From Candidatus Omnitrophota bacterium (GTDB lineage: Bacteria > Omnitrophota > Gorgyraeia > 2-01-FULL-45-10), in the NCBI GenBank assembly GCA_026387175.1, contig JAPLME010000006.1:172078-236077 (forward strand): DNA of 64,000 nucleotides, in the 5' to 3' direction. Below, one piece after another: positions 10,055 to 20,592 of this stretch. Positions within the stretch are counted from its first letter, which is position 1, and the number at the start of each line of letters is the position of its first letter. A program made the translations under genes and the position numbers. Under the pieces are notes generated by a model. The model ran no database searches and was not told the origin of the DNA. It worked only from the letters and a program-made list of their open reading frames with translations.

Positions 10055-11158
10055 TTAGATTATGGTCTTATCTGTTTCCTTGTCGAAAAAATGAACCTTC
10101 GACATGTCAAAGACCACATCCATATCAGAGTTTATGGCCGGCTTGTCATGACCGCCGACCTTGGCGATCAGCTGGTTCTTGCCGGTATTGAGATAAAGAT
10201 AGGCCTCCGAACCCATAGGCTCTATGATCTCGCATGTCGCTTTTATCGTATTTTCCTGAGGGGCCTCGGAGACAAACAATTTATCATATATGTCTTCCGG
10301 CCTTATTCCGAATATCAGCTCTCTTTCAATATACGGTTCAAGTCCCTTGAACATAGCGTCCACTATCTTGACCAGAAACTTTCCTTCGTTAAAATAGAGC
10401 CTGCCGTCCTTCTTTATTATTGTGCCTCTGACGAAATTCATCGGAGGCGTGCCTATGAAACCCGCCACAAACTTATTTACAGGCTTGTCGTAAAGAGTTA
10501 TAGGATCGGCTATCTGCTGTATATCGCCGTCTTTCATAACGACGATCCTGTCGCCCATCGTCATCGCCTCCGTCTGGTCATGCGTGACATATATCATAGT
10601 GGTCTGCAGCCTGATATGCAGCTTCTTTATCTCGGTCCTCATCTGGACCCTCATCTTGGCGTCAAGGTTGGAGAGCGGCTCATCGAACAGGAATACGAGC
10701 GGTTTTCTCACTATGGCCCGCCCCACCGCGACGCGCTGGCGCTGTCCGCCGGAGAGCTCGCGGGGCTTTCTGCGCAGAAGCTGTTCGATGCCAAGCATCG
10801 TGGCCGCTTCTTTGACTCTGGCCTCGATCTCAACGGCAGGATACTTTCTGAGTTTCAATCCGAAGGCCATGTTATCGTAAACATCCATGTGGGGATAGAG
10901 GGCATAATTCTGGAATACCATGGCGATATTCCTGTCTTTAGGCGGGATATCGTTGACCAGCTGGTTGCCAATATAGACATTTCCTCCAGTGGCTGTTTCC
11001 AGACCCGCTATTATTCTTAAAGTTGTGGATTTGCCGCACCCGGATGGGCCGACGAAGACGACGAACTCTTTATTTTCGATACCCAGGTTTATGTCTTTAA
11101 TAGCCCATATGTTTCCAGGGTAACACTTTGATACCTTATTAAGGCTGACTTGTGCCAT
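10055..11158 (-). CDS. ABC transporter ATP-binding protein, MalK/UgpC type (orphan; no permease or SBP nearby)
   Basis: Walker A (GPSGCGKST), ABC signature (LSGGQRQR), Walker B (LFDEPLSNLD) and a C-terminal MalK-like regulatory/TOBE domain. Confidence 0.85.
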   Translation of the reverse strand: MAQVSLNKVSKCYPGNIWAIKDINLGIENKEFVVFVGPSGCGKSTTLRIIAGLETATGGNVYIGNQLVNDIPPKDRNIAMVFQNYALYPHMDVYDNMAFGLKLRKYPAVEIEARVKEAATMLGIEQLLRRKPRELSGGQRQRVAVGRAIVRKPLVFLFDEPLSNLDAKMRVQMRTEIKKLHIRLQTTMIYVTHDQTEAMTMGDRIVVMKDGDIQQIADPITLYDKPVNKFVAGFIGTPPMNFVRGTIIKKDGRLYFNEGKFLVKIVDAMFKGLEPYIERELIFGIRPEDIYDKLFVSEAPQENTIKATCEIIEPMGSEAYLYLNTGKNQLIAKVGGHDKPAINSDMDVVFDMSKVHFFDKETDKTII

Positions 11159-11202
11159 AGGGTTATTATTTTAACACACATTTTTATGATACGTAATCAA
11201 AA

Positions 11203-12048
11203 TCAGAAATAGCTCAGCAGTTTGGAAAGCGACTCTTTCATATTTTTTCTATGGATTATCATATCTATAAGGCCGTGCCTTAATAAAAATTCCGACTTCT
11301 GGAAGCCCGGGGGAAGCTTCTGCCTTATGGTCTGTTCTATCACGCGGGGGCCGGTGAAACCTATTAAAGCCTTCGGTTCCGCAATGATGAAATCGCCTAA
11401 AGAGGCAAAGCTCGCCATGATACCGGCCATCGTGGGATTGGTCAATACGGAGATGAAGAATCCGCCGGCGCGGTCGAAACGGTTTAGCGCCGCTGAAGTC
11501 TTCGCCATCTGCATCAGAGAGAACATCCCTTCATACATACGGGCGCCGCCTCCCGATCCCGAGACTATGATAAGCGGGCATTTATCCGCGGTGGCTTTCT
11601 CGATAGCCCTCGTAAGCCTCTCGCCCACTACAGACCCCATGGAGCCCATTATGAACCTTGAATCGGTGACTCCCAGGATTATATCGCGGCCGCCTAATTT
11701 GCCCCCGCCGGTTATCACCGCGTCCTTGAGTCCGGTGAGGCCCTGATCTTGTTTCAATTTCTCCTTATACGTCTTTGGGCCCTCGAATGAGAGCGGATCG
11801 AGCGATTCTAGGCTCGCATCCATCTCCATAAAGGTACCTTCATCTATAAGAAGCTTCACCCTTTCATGCGCTCCGAGGGTAAAATGGTAATTGCACTTAT
11901 GGCAGACTTTCATATTCTCGTCCAGCTTTTTCTTATATATAAGCTCGTTGCAATCCGAGCATCTGGCCCAGAGGTCTTCGGGAATGTCGCCCCTCTTCTT
12001 CGCGACTTTCACTATCGTGTATTTAGGTTTTCTCGGGAATAAGTGCAT
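11203..12048 (-). CDS. accD: Acetyl-CoA carboxylase carboxyltransferase subunit beta
   Basis: 281 aa with an N-terminal C4 zinc ribbon (CSDCNELIYKK...CHKCNYH) and a carboxyltransferase domain. Confidence 0.9.
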   Translation of the reverse strand: MHLFPRKPKYTIVKVAKKRGDIPEDLWARCSDCNELIYKKKLDENMKVCHKCNYHFTLGAHERVKLLIDEGTFMEMDASLESLDPLSFEGPKTYKEKLKQDQGLTGLKDAVITGGGKLGGRDIILGVTDSRFIMGSMGSVVGERLTRAIEKATADKCPLIIVSGSGGGARMYEGMFSLMQMAKTSAALNRFDRAGGFFISVLTNPTMAGIMASFASLGDFIIAEPKALIGFTGPRVIEQTIRQKLPPGFQKSEFLLRHGLIDMIIHRKNMKESLSKLLSYF

Positions 12049-12049
12049 A

Positions 12050-12691
12050 TTATCTCTTCAATAATTCTTTGGCTTTATCCACAGCGGTCGCGGCATCCCT
12101 GGCATAACCGTCGGCGCCGATGGAACTGGCGAATTCCTGGGTTATAGGTGCGCCGCCTACCAGAATCTTCACCTTATCGCGCAGGCCTGCCGTATTAAGC
12201 CCGTTGATCGTATCGCGCATAGCATTCATAGATGTGGTGAGAAGCGACGACATGGCGATTATGTCTATCTCTTTACTCCTGGCGGCGTCTATGAATTTCT
12301 GCGGGCTTACGTCTATACCCAGATCGTCTATTTCGAAACATGCGCCCTTCAGCATCATGCTCACTATATTCTTCCCTATATCGTGGAGATCTCCCTTTAC
12401 TGTGCCTATCAATACTTTGCCGATCGGCTTTATGCCGTTCTTCACGAAATGCGGCTCCAGGACCGCCATGCCGGCATGCATCGCCCTGGCCGATATCAGT
12501 ACCTCGGGAATAAATATCTCATTGGCCTTGAATTTCGCGCCGATCACATCCATCCCTGCTACCAGGGCCGAATTGATTATCTCTTTTACGGCTATACCCT
12601 GCTCAAATGCCTGGGATGTAGCCTTCACAACACCGTTACGGTCGCCTTTCATCAAAGCAGCTTTAATCTCTTCCAGGATCTCATTATGCAT
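12050..12691 (-). CDS. Standalone cobalamin-binding (corrinoid) protein: B12-binding_2 helical cap plus a Rossmann B12-binding domain
   Basis: 213 aa. The DxHxxG motif (GDLHDIGKNIV) and downstream SxL/GG motifs match MtbC/MtmC/MetH-type B12 domains. Confidence 0.75.
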   Translation of the reverse strand: MHNEILEEIKAALMKGDRNGVVKATSQAFEQGIAVKEIINSALVAGMDVIGAKFKANEIFIPEVLISARAMHAGMAVLEPHFVKNGIKPIGKVLIGTVKGDLHDIGKNIVSMMLKGACFEIDDLGIDVSPQKFIDAARSKEIDIIAMSSLLTTSMNAMRDTINGLNTAGLRDKVKILVGGAPITQEFASSIGADGYARDAATAVDKAKELLKR

Positions 12692-12710
12692 TGCTCGATT
12701 CCTTAACTTA

Positions 12711-14597
12711 TTATTTCATCCACTTATCATACCACATTTCAAACATAAAAAGCGCCCAAATTTCTTTTCTGGTATCATTTTTGTTCGCCAGGAACTCTTT
12801 TATAAGGCCGTCCACGTAGGAATAATTGAATATACCCTGCCGCTCGATCTTCGTCTTTTCAAAAGCGTCCAGCAGGAGCCCTTTAAGGTCTTCCTTGAGC
12901 CATTTGGCGACCGGGACCGCAAACCCCTGCTTCGATTTACTTATATTCTGTTCCGGAAGCTTACCCTTTAACGCCTCTTTCAATATCCATTTGGTGGTAA
13001 AATTCTTAAGCTTAAATGACGCCGGTATGCCGGTGACATACTCCGTAAATTCTGTATCCAGGAACGGCGCTCTGACCTCGAGAGAATTGGCCATGCTGGC
13101 CCTGTCAACTTTTGTCAGAATATCATCTGTCATATAAGTCTTCACATATATATATATCGCCCTGTCCAGGGGATCGAGCGCCTTTGCATTCTTAAAATAT
13201 TTCTCTGTTATATCATATACATCCGGCCTGCGGGATGAATCCCCGCTGGGGATCAATAGGGCATCTTGCTCATCGGGCGTGAACGATCCTATCCAGGCCT
13301 GATGGCGGGTCGCCTCGGGAAAATCGAGGCCGCGAGAGAAACGCATTGCCTTAAAATAGAGGCTCATATAATCGTTTGACGGCTTCATACATTTTAGCAG
13401 CAGCTTCAAGGGCAACTTCTTTAAGGAGGCGGGGACAAAACCGAAATAGCTGTCCAGCTTATGCGCCATGAACGACGGATACCCCAGGAATAATTCATCT
13501 CCGCCGTCGCCGCCGAGAGCGACTTTGACGTGCTGCCTGGTGAATTTCGATACAAGATAAGTGGGTATTATCGATGAATCCGCGAAGGGTTCGTCCAAAA
13601 GATCCAGTATCCTGGGAAAAACGTCAAGCATTACCTCGGGGCTCAGTATCTCTTCATGATGGTCGGTTCCGAAATATTCCGCTACTCTCCTGGCATCGCT
13701 CGATTCATCGAAGGATTTTTCTTTAAAACCGATGGAAAAAGTCTTTATATCCTTGGGCTCCATAAGCTCGGCCATCATGCAAACGACGGCCGAGGAGTCG
13801 ATTCCGCCCGACAGGAAGACCCCGAGCGGTACATCGCTTATGAGGCGCTTCCGCACGGATTCTTTTAAAAGCTCCAGAACGCGTAGGCGGACTTCTCTGT
13901 GATCGAATTTTTTTTGAGTATTGAAGCTGAGATCCCAGTAGCGGTCCTTATGGACCGCAGCGCCCTTTACAGAAATGCGCGAGCCGGCCTCCAGCTTGTA
14001 GATATTCTTGAATATGGAATACGGGCTCGGGACATATTCATATGCAAGGTATTTGCCGAGGGCATTCAGGTCTATCTCTTTCTTAACGGCAGGATGCTTC
14101 AGGAGGGCTTTCAATTCTGAACCAAATATGAATTGGTTATCGAAAGAAGCGTAATAGAGGGGTTTTTTACCGAAACGGTCTCTTGCTAGGAATAAGGTCT
14201 TCTTCCCTGAGTCCCATATGGCGAGGGCAAACATTCCGTTAAAATGTTTTACGCAATCTTCGCCGTATTCTTCATAAGCATGAAGGACGACTTCGGTATC
14301 GGAATTTGTATTAAAAACGTGACCCTTGCCCAGCAGGGCCGTCTTCAGCTCGATAAAATTATAGACTTCGCCGTTATAGACTATTGCCTTCGAGCCGTCA
14401 TTGCTGAACATCGGCTGGTGACCGGTCTTCAGGTCTATTATGGATAATCGCCTGTGGCCGAGCGCGGCGGGCCCGCCAATGAAAACACCGGCATCGTCGG
14501 GGCCGCGAGGGGCTATCGTATCCATCATCGACCGCAGGATACCCTCCGATGGCCGCTTCGTACTATCGAAATGTATATAGCCGCAGATACCGCACAT
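12711..14597 (-). CDS. asnB: Asparagine synthetase (glutamine-hydrolysing)
   Basis: 628 aa, begins MCGICGYI with the Ntn Cys2. It has a PP-loop SGGIDSS. Confidence 0.9.
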   Translation of the reverse strand: MCGICGYIHFDSTKRPSEGILRSMMDTIAPRGPDDAGVFIGGPAALGHRRLSIIDLKTGHQPMFSNDGSKAIVYNGEVYNFIELKTALLGKGHVFNTNSDTEVVLHAYEEYGEDCVKHFNGMFALAIWDSGKKTLFLARDRFGKKPLYYASFDNQFIFGSELKALLKHPAVKKEIDLNALGKYLAYEYVPSPYSIFKNIYKLEAGSRISVKGAAVHKDRYWDLSFNTQKKFDHREVRLRVLELLKESVRKRLISDVPLGVFLSGGIDSSAVVCMMAELMEPKDIKTFSIGFKEKSFDESSDARRVAEYFGTDHHEEILSPEVMLDVFPRILDLLDEPFADSSIIPTYLVSKFTRQHVKVALGGDGGDELFLGYPSFMAHKLDSYFGFVPASLKKLPLKLLLKCMKPSNDYMSLYFKAMRFSRGLDFPEATRHQAWIGSFTPDEQDALLIPSGDSSRRPDVYDITEKYFKNAKALDPLDRAIYIYVKTYMTDDILTKVDRASMANSLEVRAPFLDTEFTEYVTGIPASFKLKNFTTKWILKEALKGKLPEQNISKSKQGFAVPVAKWLKEDLKGLLLDAFEKTKIERQGIFNYSYVDGLIKEFLANKNDTRKEIWALFMFEMWYDKWMK

Positions 14598-14607
14598 GGA
14601 TTAGGAG

Positions 14608-15888
14608 TTAATGCTTATTTATGACTATGCCAGAGACCGGCTTCGGATAAAAATACGTCGCCTTTCTGGGCATCTTCTCGCCGAGCGACGCTATGCGCTT
14701 GACCTCAGCGACTTTTGTAGGATTCAGGAAGAACGCTATTTTGAACTTACCCTTGTCGACGGATTTTGCCGTCTCGCAGGGATCCTTTATAAATTCGATA
14801 TTATCATCTTCATCACGGATACCAAGCACGTGCTGGAATATGAACATGTGGAGTATGGAGACGTCCAACTGCTTCCACTCTTTCGGTTTATCTTTAACCA
14901 CATTATCGACATGGCTCATGCTCTTCAGCTTCAGAATATAGAATTGGCCCCGGCCCATATACATGCCGAAAACGTGAGCGCTCCGCAACTTGCCCAACTT
15001 CACCATCATCGCGTTCAAGCTCCCCGCCTTCTCGATCGCAAAGAACTTCTGCAAGCGCGCTATTATCTCTTCTTTCCGAAGGCCGCCTATATCCTTAGGG
15101 AGCCTGTGGGCCGGAAGAACGGTCAGCATATCTTCCTTAGCATCGACAAAATATACCATCACATATCCGGCGGCTTCTCTGGCGATTTTCGGCGCTCGGG
15201 AGCGCCCGAGCTCCTTGGAATACATACGCGTCACTTCAAACCTGTGGTGGCCATCGGCAATAAATGTGGGGGCGCTTCGCATGATAGCCTGTATCTTTTT
15301 TATATCCGCCTTATCATCGAGCCTCCAGGCCCGGTTTCGTATGCCTTCGAAGGATATGTCGATAAACGGCCGCTTCTCCGAGGAGGTCTTCTTTAATATC
15401 TTAAGTATGCTGTGCGGAGTATCCTCATAGAGGATAAATATCGGGCTTAGGTTAGCTTTTATACTTCTCATCAGATCGAGCCTGTCCACCTTTGGCGCAT
15501 GAAGCGTATTCTCATGCGGCAGGACCTTATTCTTTCCCTCGTCCAGCGACATAAGGGCCATGAAACCTATTCTATCTATCGTCTTAGAGCCTTCCCTGTA
15601 TTTCTGCGAATATATATAGATGGAATCTTTCTCGTCCTGCACCATCTGCTTGCCTTTTAGCCACAGATCAAAAAATTTCTTAGCGCGAGTATAGCGGTTA
15701 TCAGTAGAAGAGTCCGAACTTTTTATCTTTCCGAGTTCGAGCTTTACAATATTGTAAGGGTTCGCGCGGTAAAGCTCGTCTTGCATTTTTTTGGGGATAA
15801 TATCATAAGGGGGAGCAACGACCTTGGATAGACTGCCTACCTTCTTCTCATTGTATACTACGCCTTTAAAGGGCTTGATATTAGCCAT
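14608..15888 (-). CDS. DUF1015-family conserved protein
   Basis: 426 aa with an N-terminal VVAPPYDIIP signature and a central ADGHHR motif typical of DUF1015/COG4198. Confidence 0.55.
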   Translation of the reverse strand: MANIKPFKGVVYNEKKVGSLSKVVAPPYDIIPKKMQDELYRANPYNIVKLELGKIKSSDSSTDNRYTRAKKFFDLWLKGKQMVQDEKDSIYIYSQKYREGSKTIDRIGFMALMSLDEGKNKVLPHENTLHAPKVDRLDLMRSIKANLSPIFILYEDTPHSILKILKKTSSEKRPFIDISFEGIRNRAWRLDDKADIKKIQAIMRSAPTFIADGHHRFEVTRMYSKELGRSRAPKIAREAAGYVMVYFVDAKEDMLTVLPAHRLPKDIGGLRKEEIIARLQKFFAIEKAGSLNAMMVKLGKLRSAHVFGMYMGRGQFYILKLKSMSHVDNVVKDKPKEWKQLDVSILHMFIFQHVLGIRDEDDNIEFIKDPCETAKSVDKGKFKIAFFLNPTKVAEVKRIASLGEKMPRKATYFYPKPVSGIVINKH

Positions 15889-15891
15889 ACA

Positions 15892-16146
15892 TTAACTACC
15901 GCTTGAAGGGCATCCCTTGCAGGAGCCGCCTCCGGATCCCGGGCAAGGCCTGTCAGACTTCGATTTCTTCTTATAATCGGTCTCGTAAAAACCCGTTCCC
16001 TTAAATATCACGCCGCTGCCACCCGCGATCAGGCGCTGAGTCTTGCCGCCGCACTTAGGGCATTTTCCGACCGGACGATCCGTCATCTTCTCGAACTTTT
16101 CGAAATGGCCACCGCATTTATCACATTGATAATCATAAGTCGGCAT
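15892..16146 (-). CDS. FmdB-family zinc-ribbon protein
   Basis: 84 aa, begins MPTYDYQCDKCGGHFEKFEKMTDRPVGKCPKCGG. The CxxC...CxxC pattern matches FmdB. Confidence 0.7.
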   Translation of the reverse strand: MPTYDYQCDKCGGHFEKFEKMTDRPVGKCPKCGGKTQRLIAGGSGVIFKGTGFYETDYKKKSKSDRPCPGSGGGSCKGCPSSGS

Positions 16147-16161
16147 TTACTTCTCCTTCTA

Positions 16162-17316
16162 TCATTTAAAGATCCTCTTCATCTTCTCTACGAACGTTCT
16201 GGCCAGCGGCCCCTTGCCGTCTTCCGAAACCCTGGCAAACTCTTTAAGCGCTTTCTTCTCGTCCGGATTAAGATTTGTAGGGACATCTATCTGGACCTTC
16301 ACTATCTGATCACCCCTGCCGTAATCGTGCAGATGGGCGATTCCTTTATTTCTCAGCCGGAATTGTTTGCCGCTCTGGGTGGCTGGGGGAATCTTCATCA
16401 TTATCTTGCCTTCGATAGTAGGGACCTCTATCTCGCCTCCGAATACCGCTGTAACATAGGCTATAGGAACTTCGCAATATATATCGGCGTCGTGGCGCTC
16501 AAATATTTCATGATGTTTTACATAGATCAATATATACAGGTCACCGCGCTGACCACCCCTCTCTCCCGCCTCGCCCTCTCCGTGTATCCTCAGCCTTGAT
16601 CCGGAATCCACACCGGCAGGGATCTTAACCTTTATATTGCGTTTCGTTTTTATGCGGCCTCTGCCGTTACAGGCCGGACATGGCGTTCTTATTATGGATC
16701 CTTCGCCTCCGCATTTCCGGCATGTCTGCACAACACTAAAGAATCCATTTGAAGCCCTGACCTGCCCCTGTCCGTCGCAGTCAGGGCACCGCTCTTTCTT
16801 GGAGCCGGGTTTGGCGCCCGTGCCGCGGCATTCCTCGCAGGTCTCCTGACGAGGGATGGTAATAGTCTCCTCACCGCCGAAAGCCGCTTCGTCAAAAGAT
16901 ATCTCAAGCTGATATTCGAGATCCGACCCGCGCCTAGACCCGCCTCTGCGGGAAGAGCCGAAGATGTCGCCGCCGAAACCGAACCCCTTGAGAAGATCGC
17001 TTACATCGGCGCCGCCGAAAATATCCTTAAGATCATCGTAGTGATGGAAGTCCTGCCATTGGAAACCGCCCTGTTTAAAAGAGCTGTCGACTCCGGCATG
17101 GCCATACTGGTCGTAATTGGCACGCTTCTCTTTGTCTACGAGGACCTCATAGGCCTCCGACATCTCCTTAAATTTCTCCTCGGCTTCCTTCTTCTTGTCG
17201 GGAGTCACCCTGTCGGGGTGATATTTAAGAGCGAGATTCCTGTAAGCTTTTTTTATCTCATCGGTAGTGGCTGTTTTGCCCAGGCCGAGGATTTCATAGT
17301 AGTCGCGTTTCTCCAT
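16162..17316 (-). CDS. dnaJ: Chaperone DnaJ
   Basis: J-domain with HPD, a G/F region and four CxxCxGxG zinc motifs. Confidence 0.95.
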   Translation of the reverse strand: MEKRDYYEILGLGKTATTDEIKKAYRNLALKYHPDRVTPDKKKEAEEKFKEMSEAYEVLVDKEKRANYDQYGHAGVDSSFKQGGFQWQDFHHYDDLKDIFGGADVSDLLKGFGFGGDIFGSSRRGGSRRGSDLEYQLEISFDEAAFGGEETITIPRQETCEECRGTGAKPGSKKERCPDCDGQGQVRASNGFFSVVQTCRKCGGEGSIIRTPCPACNGRGRIKTKRNIKVKIPAGVDSGSRLRIHGEGEAGERGGQRGDLYILIYVKHHEIFERHDADIYCEVPIAYVTAVFGGEIEVPTIEGKIMMKIPPATQSGKQFRLRNKGIAHLHDYGRGDQIVKVQIDVPTNLNPDEKKALKEFARVSEDGKGPLARTFVEKMKRIFK

Positions 17317-19250
17317 TATTTTTTCTTTTTATCTTTCTCATCCTCGGCTGTATATTCGGCGTCGATTATATCTTCACCCTGTTTGGGACCGGAAGCGTTT
17401 TCGCCGGGGCCAGGGCCTTCCTGCGAGGACTGCTCAGGGCCGGCAGCTCCGGCTCCGGGACCCGGACGAGGGCCGGAGGTCTTCTTATATACTTCCTCGG
17501 CTAACTTATGGGCCGCCTTTGTCAGCTCTTCCGTACCGCGCTTAATGCTGGGCAGATTCTTCTCTTTTATCGCCTGCTTCAATTCATTCAGGCGTGATTC
17601 TATATCCGCCCTATCCGATTGGCTTACTTTATCTCCGAATTCCTTCAGTGACTTCTCGGTCGAATAGACCAGAGCATCCGCCTGGTTCACCTGTTCGACC
17701 TCCTCTTTCTTCTTCGAGTCTTCGGCGGCATACTTCTCCGCATCCTTGATCATCTTGTCGATCTCTTCCTTGGAGAGCTTCTTGGGAGCGGTGATCTTTA
17801 TCGACTGTTCCTTGCCTGTGCCAAGGTCCTTGGCCGAGACGTGCACGATACCGTTGGCATCTATGTCAAACCCGACTTCTATCTGGGGAACTCCGCGCGG
17901 CGCCGGAGGTATGCCTACAAGGTCGAACCTGCCGAGTTCCACATTACCTTCGCCTTCCGCCAGCTGGCGCTCACCCTGAATGACGCGTATGGTAACCGCC
18001 GTCTGGTTATCCGCGGCCGTGGAGAATATCTGGCTCTTTCTGGTCGGAACGGTCGTATTGCGCTCGATCAGCTTCGTATTAACCCCGCCGAGCGTCTCGA
18101 TCCCGAGCGAAAGCGGCGTGACGTCCAGCAGCAGCACATCTTTCGTTTCGCCCTTCATAATGGATGCCTGGATCGCTGCGCCCAATGCCACGCATTCCAT
18201 CGGGTCGACCCCGCGCTCGATCTTCTTGCCTACATAATCTTCTACGAACTTCTGGACTATCGGCATCCTGGTGGGGCCGCCGACGAGAATGACCTTGCTT
18301 ATATCTTTGGCGGTGACTTTGGCGTCCGACAATGCCTGCTCGATCGGATGCTTACAGCGGTCTATGATGGGCTGCACGAGCTCTTCAACCTTGGCCCTGT
18401 TCAATGTCATCGTGAGATGCTTCGGGCCCGTCTGGTCCGCCGTTATAAACGGCAGATTGAGATCCGTCGACAAGGTGCTTGACAGCTCGACCTTGGCCTT
18501 TTCAGCGGCTTCCCTGACGCGCTGGACCGCCATCTTATCGTTCTTCAGGTCTATGCCCGTATCTCTCTTGAACTCTTTTACGATATAATCCACAAGCGTA
18601 TTATCCATGTCTGTGCCGCCGAGCTGCGTGTCGCCGGATGTCGACATTACTTCAAATGTAGCCGCTTCATGCTCGGTATCCCATCCCATTTCAAGGATCG
18701 TAACATCGAGCGTGCCGCCGCCGAGATCGAAGACCATTATCTTCTGCTCTTTCCCCGCCTTATCCAGCCCGTATGCCAGACATGCGGCCGTCGGCTCGTT
18801 AATTATTCTTAATACTTTTAATCCCGCAATCTCTCCGGCGTCTTTAGTAGCCTGGCGCTGGTTGTCATTGAAATACGCGGGGCACGTGATAACTACCTCA
18901 TTCACGGTATCGCCAAGATATGCCTCGGCGTCCTGTTTTATCTTCTGGAGCAGGAAAGACGAAATTTGCTGAGGGGTATATTCTTTCCCATACACCTTAT
19001 ACTTGAAGTCTGTTCCCATTTTACGCTTGGCCGCGAATATCGTGCCTTCAGGATTGATCGAAGCCTGTCTCTTCGCCGGCTCGCCGACCAGCTTCTGGCC
19101 GTCTTTAGTAAAGGCCACGAACGACGGAAACGCCTTACCGCTTGCCACTCCGGCGCCTTCAGCCGAAGGTATTATCACCGGGCGGCCCGCCTCCATATAT
19201 GCCGCCGCTGAGTTTGAAGTCCCGAGATCTATTCCTATAACTTTTGACAT
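17316..19250 (-). CDS. dnaK: Chaperone DnaK (Hsp70)
   Basis: 644 aa, begins [17 protein letters not shown], with canonical Hsp70 signatures. Confidence 0.95.
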   Translation of the reverse strand: MSKVIGIDLGTSNSAAAYMEAGRPVIIPSAEGAGVASGKAFPSFVAFTKDGQKLVGEPAKRQASINPEGTIFAAKRKMGTDFKYKVYGKEYTPQQISSFLLQKIKQDAEAYLGDTVNEVVITCPAYFNDNQRQATKDAGEIAGLKVLRIINEPTAACLAYGLDKAGKEQKIMVFDLGGGTLDVTILEMGWDTEHEAATFEVMSTSGDTQLGGTDMDNTLVDYIVKEFKRDTGIDLKNDKMAVQRVREAAEKAKVELSSTLSTDLNLPFITADQTGPKHLTMTLNRAKVEELVQPIIDRCKHPIEQALSDAKVTAKDISKVILVGGPTRMPIVQKFVEDYVGKKIERGVDPMECVALGAAIQASIMKGETKDVLLLDVTPLSLGIETLGGVNTKLIERNTTVPTRKSQIFSTAADNQTAVTIRVIQGERQLAEGEGNVELGRFDLVGIPPAPRGVPQIEVGFDIDANGIVHVSAKDLGTGKEQSIKITAPKKLSKEEIDKMIKDAEKYAAEDSKKKEEVEQVNQADALVYSTEKSLKEFGDKVSQSDRADIESRLNELKQAIKEKNLPSIKRGTEELTKAAHKLAEEVYKKTSGPRPGPGAGAAGPEQSSQEGPGPGENASGPKQGEDIIDAEYTAEDEKDKKKK

Positions 19251-19275
19251 ATTTACCTCCGTTATTTTTTCTATA

Positions 19276-19827
19276 TTATTTATTTTTTACGATCTTTACA
19301 GAAGCCGGACGCAGAAGCTTACCGTTAAGCCTATAGCCCGGCTTTAATTCGTCAACTATAATACCGTCCTCCTTATCGGGAGCTTCGACGGTTTCGATGG
19401 GTTCGTGCACATGAGGGTCGAACTTCTCCCCCACGGTCTTTATCCGCTCCAACCCTATATCTTTCAGAAAACCCTGTATCTGCAACTGTATCATATCGAC
19501 ACCGTCCTGCACCGCCTTAAAATCCTTTGCTTCCTTTATATGTTTTTCCGCTATCTCCAGATTATCTATTATCGGCAAGAGATCTAGGATAAAACCTTCG
19601 TTCGCATATTTGACGAAATCGATCTTGTCCTTTTCCAGGCGCTTCCGCACATTCTCAAATTCGGCATGGGCCCTTATATATTTATCGTTAAAGGCATCGC
19701 ACTCCCCGGACTTCGCCTTTAGCGCCTCATATTCTTTCCTGGTAATAGTAACAAGCTCGTCTCCTTGCGGAGATGGCTGCGTGTTTTTATCATCTTTACC
19801 CTTACAACCGTTTTTATTATTCGGCAC
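19276..19827 (-). CDS. grpE: Nucleotide exchange factor GrpE
   Basis: 183 aa with GrpE C-terminal motifs. Confidence 0.9.
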   Translation of the reverse strand: MPNNKNGCKGKDDKNTQPSPQGDELVTITRKEYEALKAKSGECDAFNDKYIRAHAEFENVRKRLEKDKIDFVKYANEGFILDLLPIIDNLEIAEKHIKEAKDFKAVQDGVDMIQLQIQGFLKDIGLERIKTVGEKFDPHVHEPIETVEAPDKEDGIIVDELKPGYRLNGKLLRPASVKIVKNK

Positions 19828-19832
19828 AGTCT

Positions 19833-20582
19833 CTATATCTCCATCTCATTGAATATGTCCGTCACCGCATCCGCCAGGAACTCGACCATCGGGATCACCT
19901 TTTCGTATACCATTCTCTTGGGACCGATGACTCCCAGCCTTCCGGATGCTTTACCTTTCACTTTATAGCTCTTCGTCACGATACTGCAGTCGCTTAAGGA
20001 ATTCGAAAAATTCTCTTTACCTATATGTATAGTGACGCCGTCCGTTTCAAAATCATGCTTCAATAGATCCAACAGCTCACTTTTATGTTCGAGGTATTTG
20101 AGTAAAGCGTATAGCTTTCGCAGGTCCTGGAACTCCGGCTGCTCTATTATATGGCTTGTGCCGTCGAGATACAGTTTATCATACTGCGAAGAAAGCGTTA
20201 ACCCGACATAATTCGTGACATTGGATATCATGTAAGACGTGCGTTCCAGGACATCTTCGATCGAGCGGGCCGCTGTGCCATACTGATCTTTCATGGAGCG
20301 CTTCGCCTCCAGCATGTTGACATTCTTTACATGCATCAGCAATTCGATATAGTAACGATAGCCTCTATCGGTCGGCGAGCGGCCGGCGGAGGTATGCGGC
20401 TGCATTATGTAACCCAGGTCCTCAAGGTCCGCCATCACATTGCGTATGGTGGCGCTCGAGAGGTCAAGCTTCCGCGAGATATAGCGCGACCCCACCGGCT
20501 CCGCCGTCTCGACGTAGCGGCGCACTATCATCTCCAGAACTTCCTGCTGCCTCTTATTCAATTCCCTGATCATGTTATGCAC
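19833..20582 (-). CDS. hrcA: Heat-inducible transcription repressor HrcA (compact, 249 aa; apparent GTG start)
   Basis: N-terminal wHTH (VGSRYISRKL...SSATIRNVMADLEDLGY), a GRxPTDRGYRYY motif and a C-terminal IGPKRM motif. A CIRCE element sits 11 nt upstream. Confidence 0.85.
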   Translation of the reverse strand: MHNMIRELNKRQQEVLEMIVRRYVETAEPVGSRYISRKLDLSSATIRNVMADLEDLGYIMQPHTSAGRSPTDRGYRYYIELLMHVKNVNMLEAKRSMKDQYGTAARSIEDVLERTSYMISNVTNYVGLTLSSQYDKLYLDGTSHIIEQPEFQDLRKLYALLKYLEHKSELLDLLKHDFETDGVTIHIGKENFSNSLSDCSIVTKSYKVKGKASGRLGVIGPKRMVYEKVIPMVEFLADAVTDIFNEMEI

Positions 20583-20592
20583 CTCATAAGCA

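Noticed and set aside
10091-11020. A 309-aa plus-strand ORF, and similar long plus-strand ORFs (12120..12971, 14611..15396, 21283..22239, 36410..37168, 53553..54332 and others).
   Set aside because: Each lies entirely antisense to a minus-strand gene with unambiguous family signatures (ABC ATPase, AsnB, HflX/MiaA, GH57 and so on). They are low-complexity, have no recognisable motifs and lack sensible starts or RBSs. They are shadow ORFs from stop-codon depletion opposite coding frames.
19833-20582. hrcA possibly truncated by a frameshift or assembly error.
   Set aside because: Both ends are fixed by conserved features (CIRCE upstream, grpE 5 nt downstream) and the reading frame is continuous with conserved N- and C-terminal motifs. 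The shortness appears genuine (internal domain loss).
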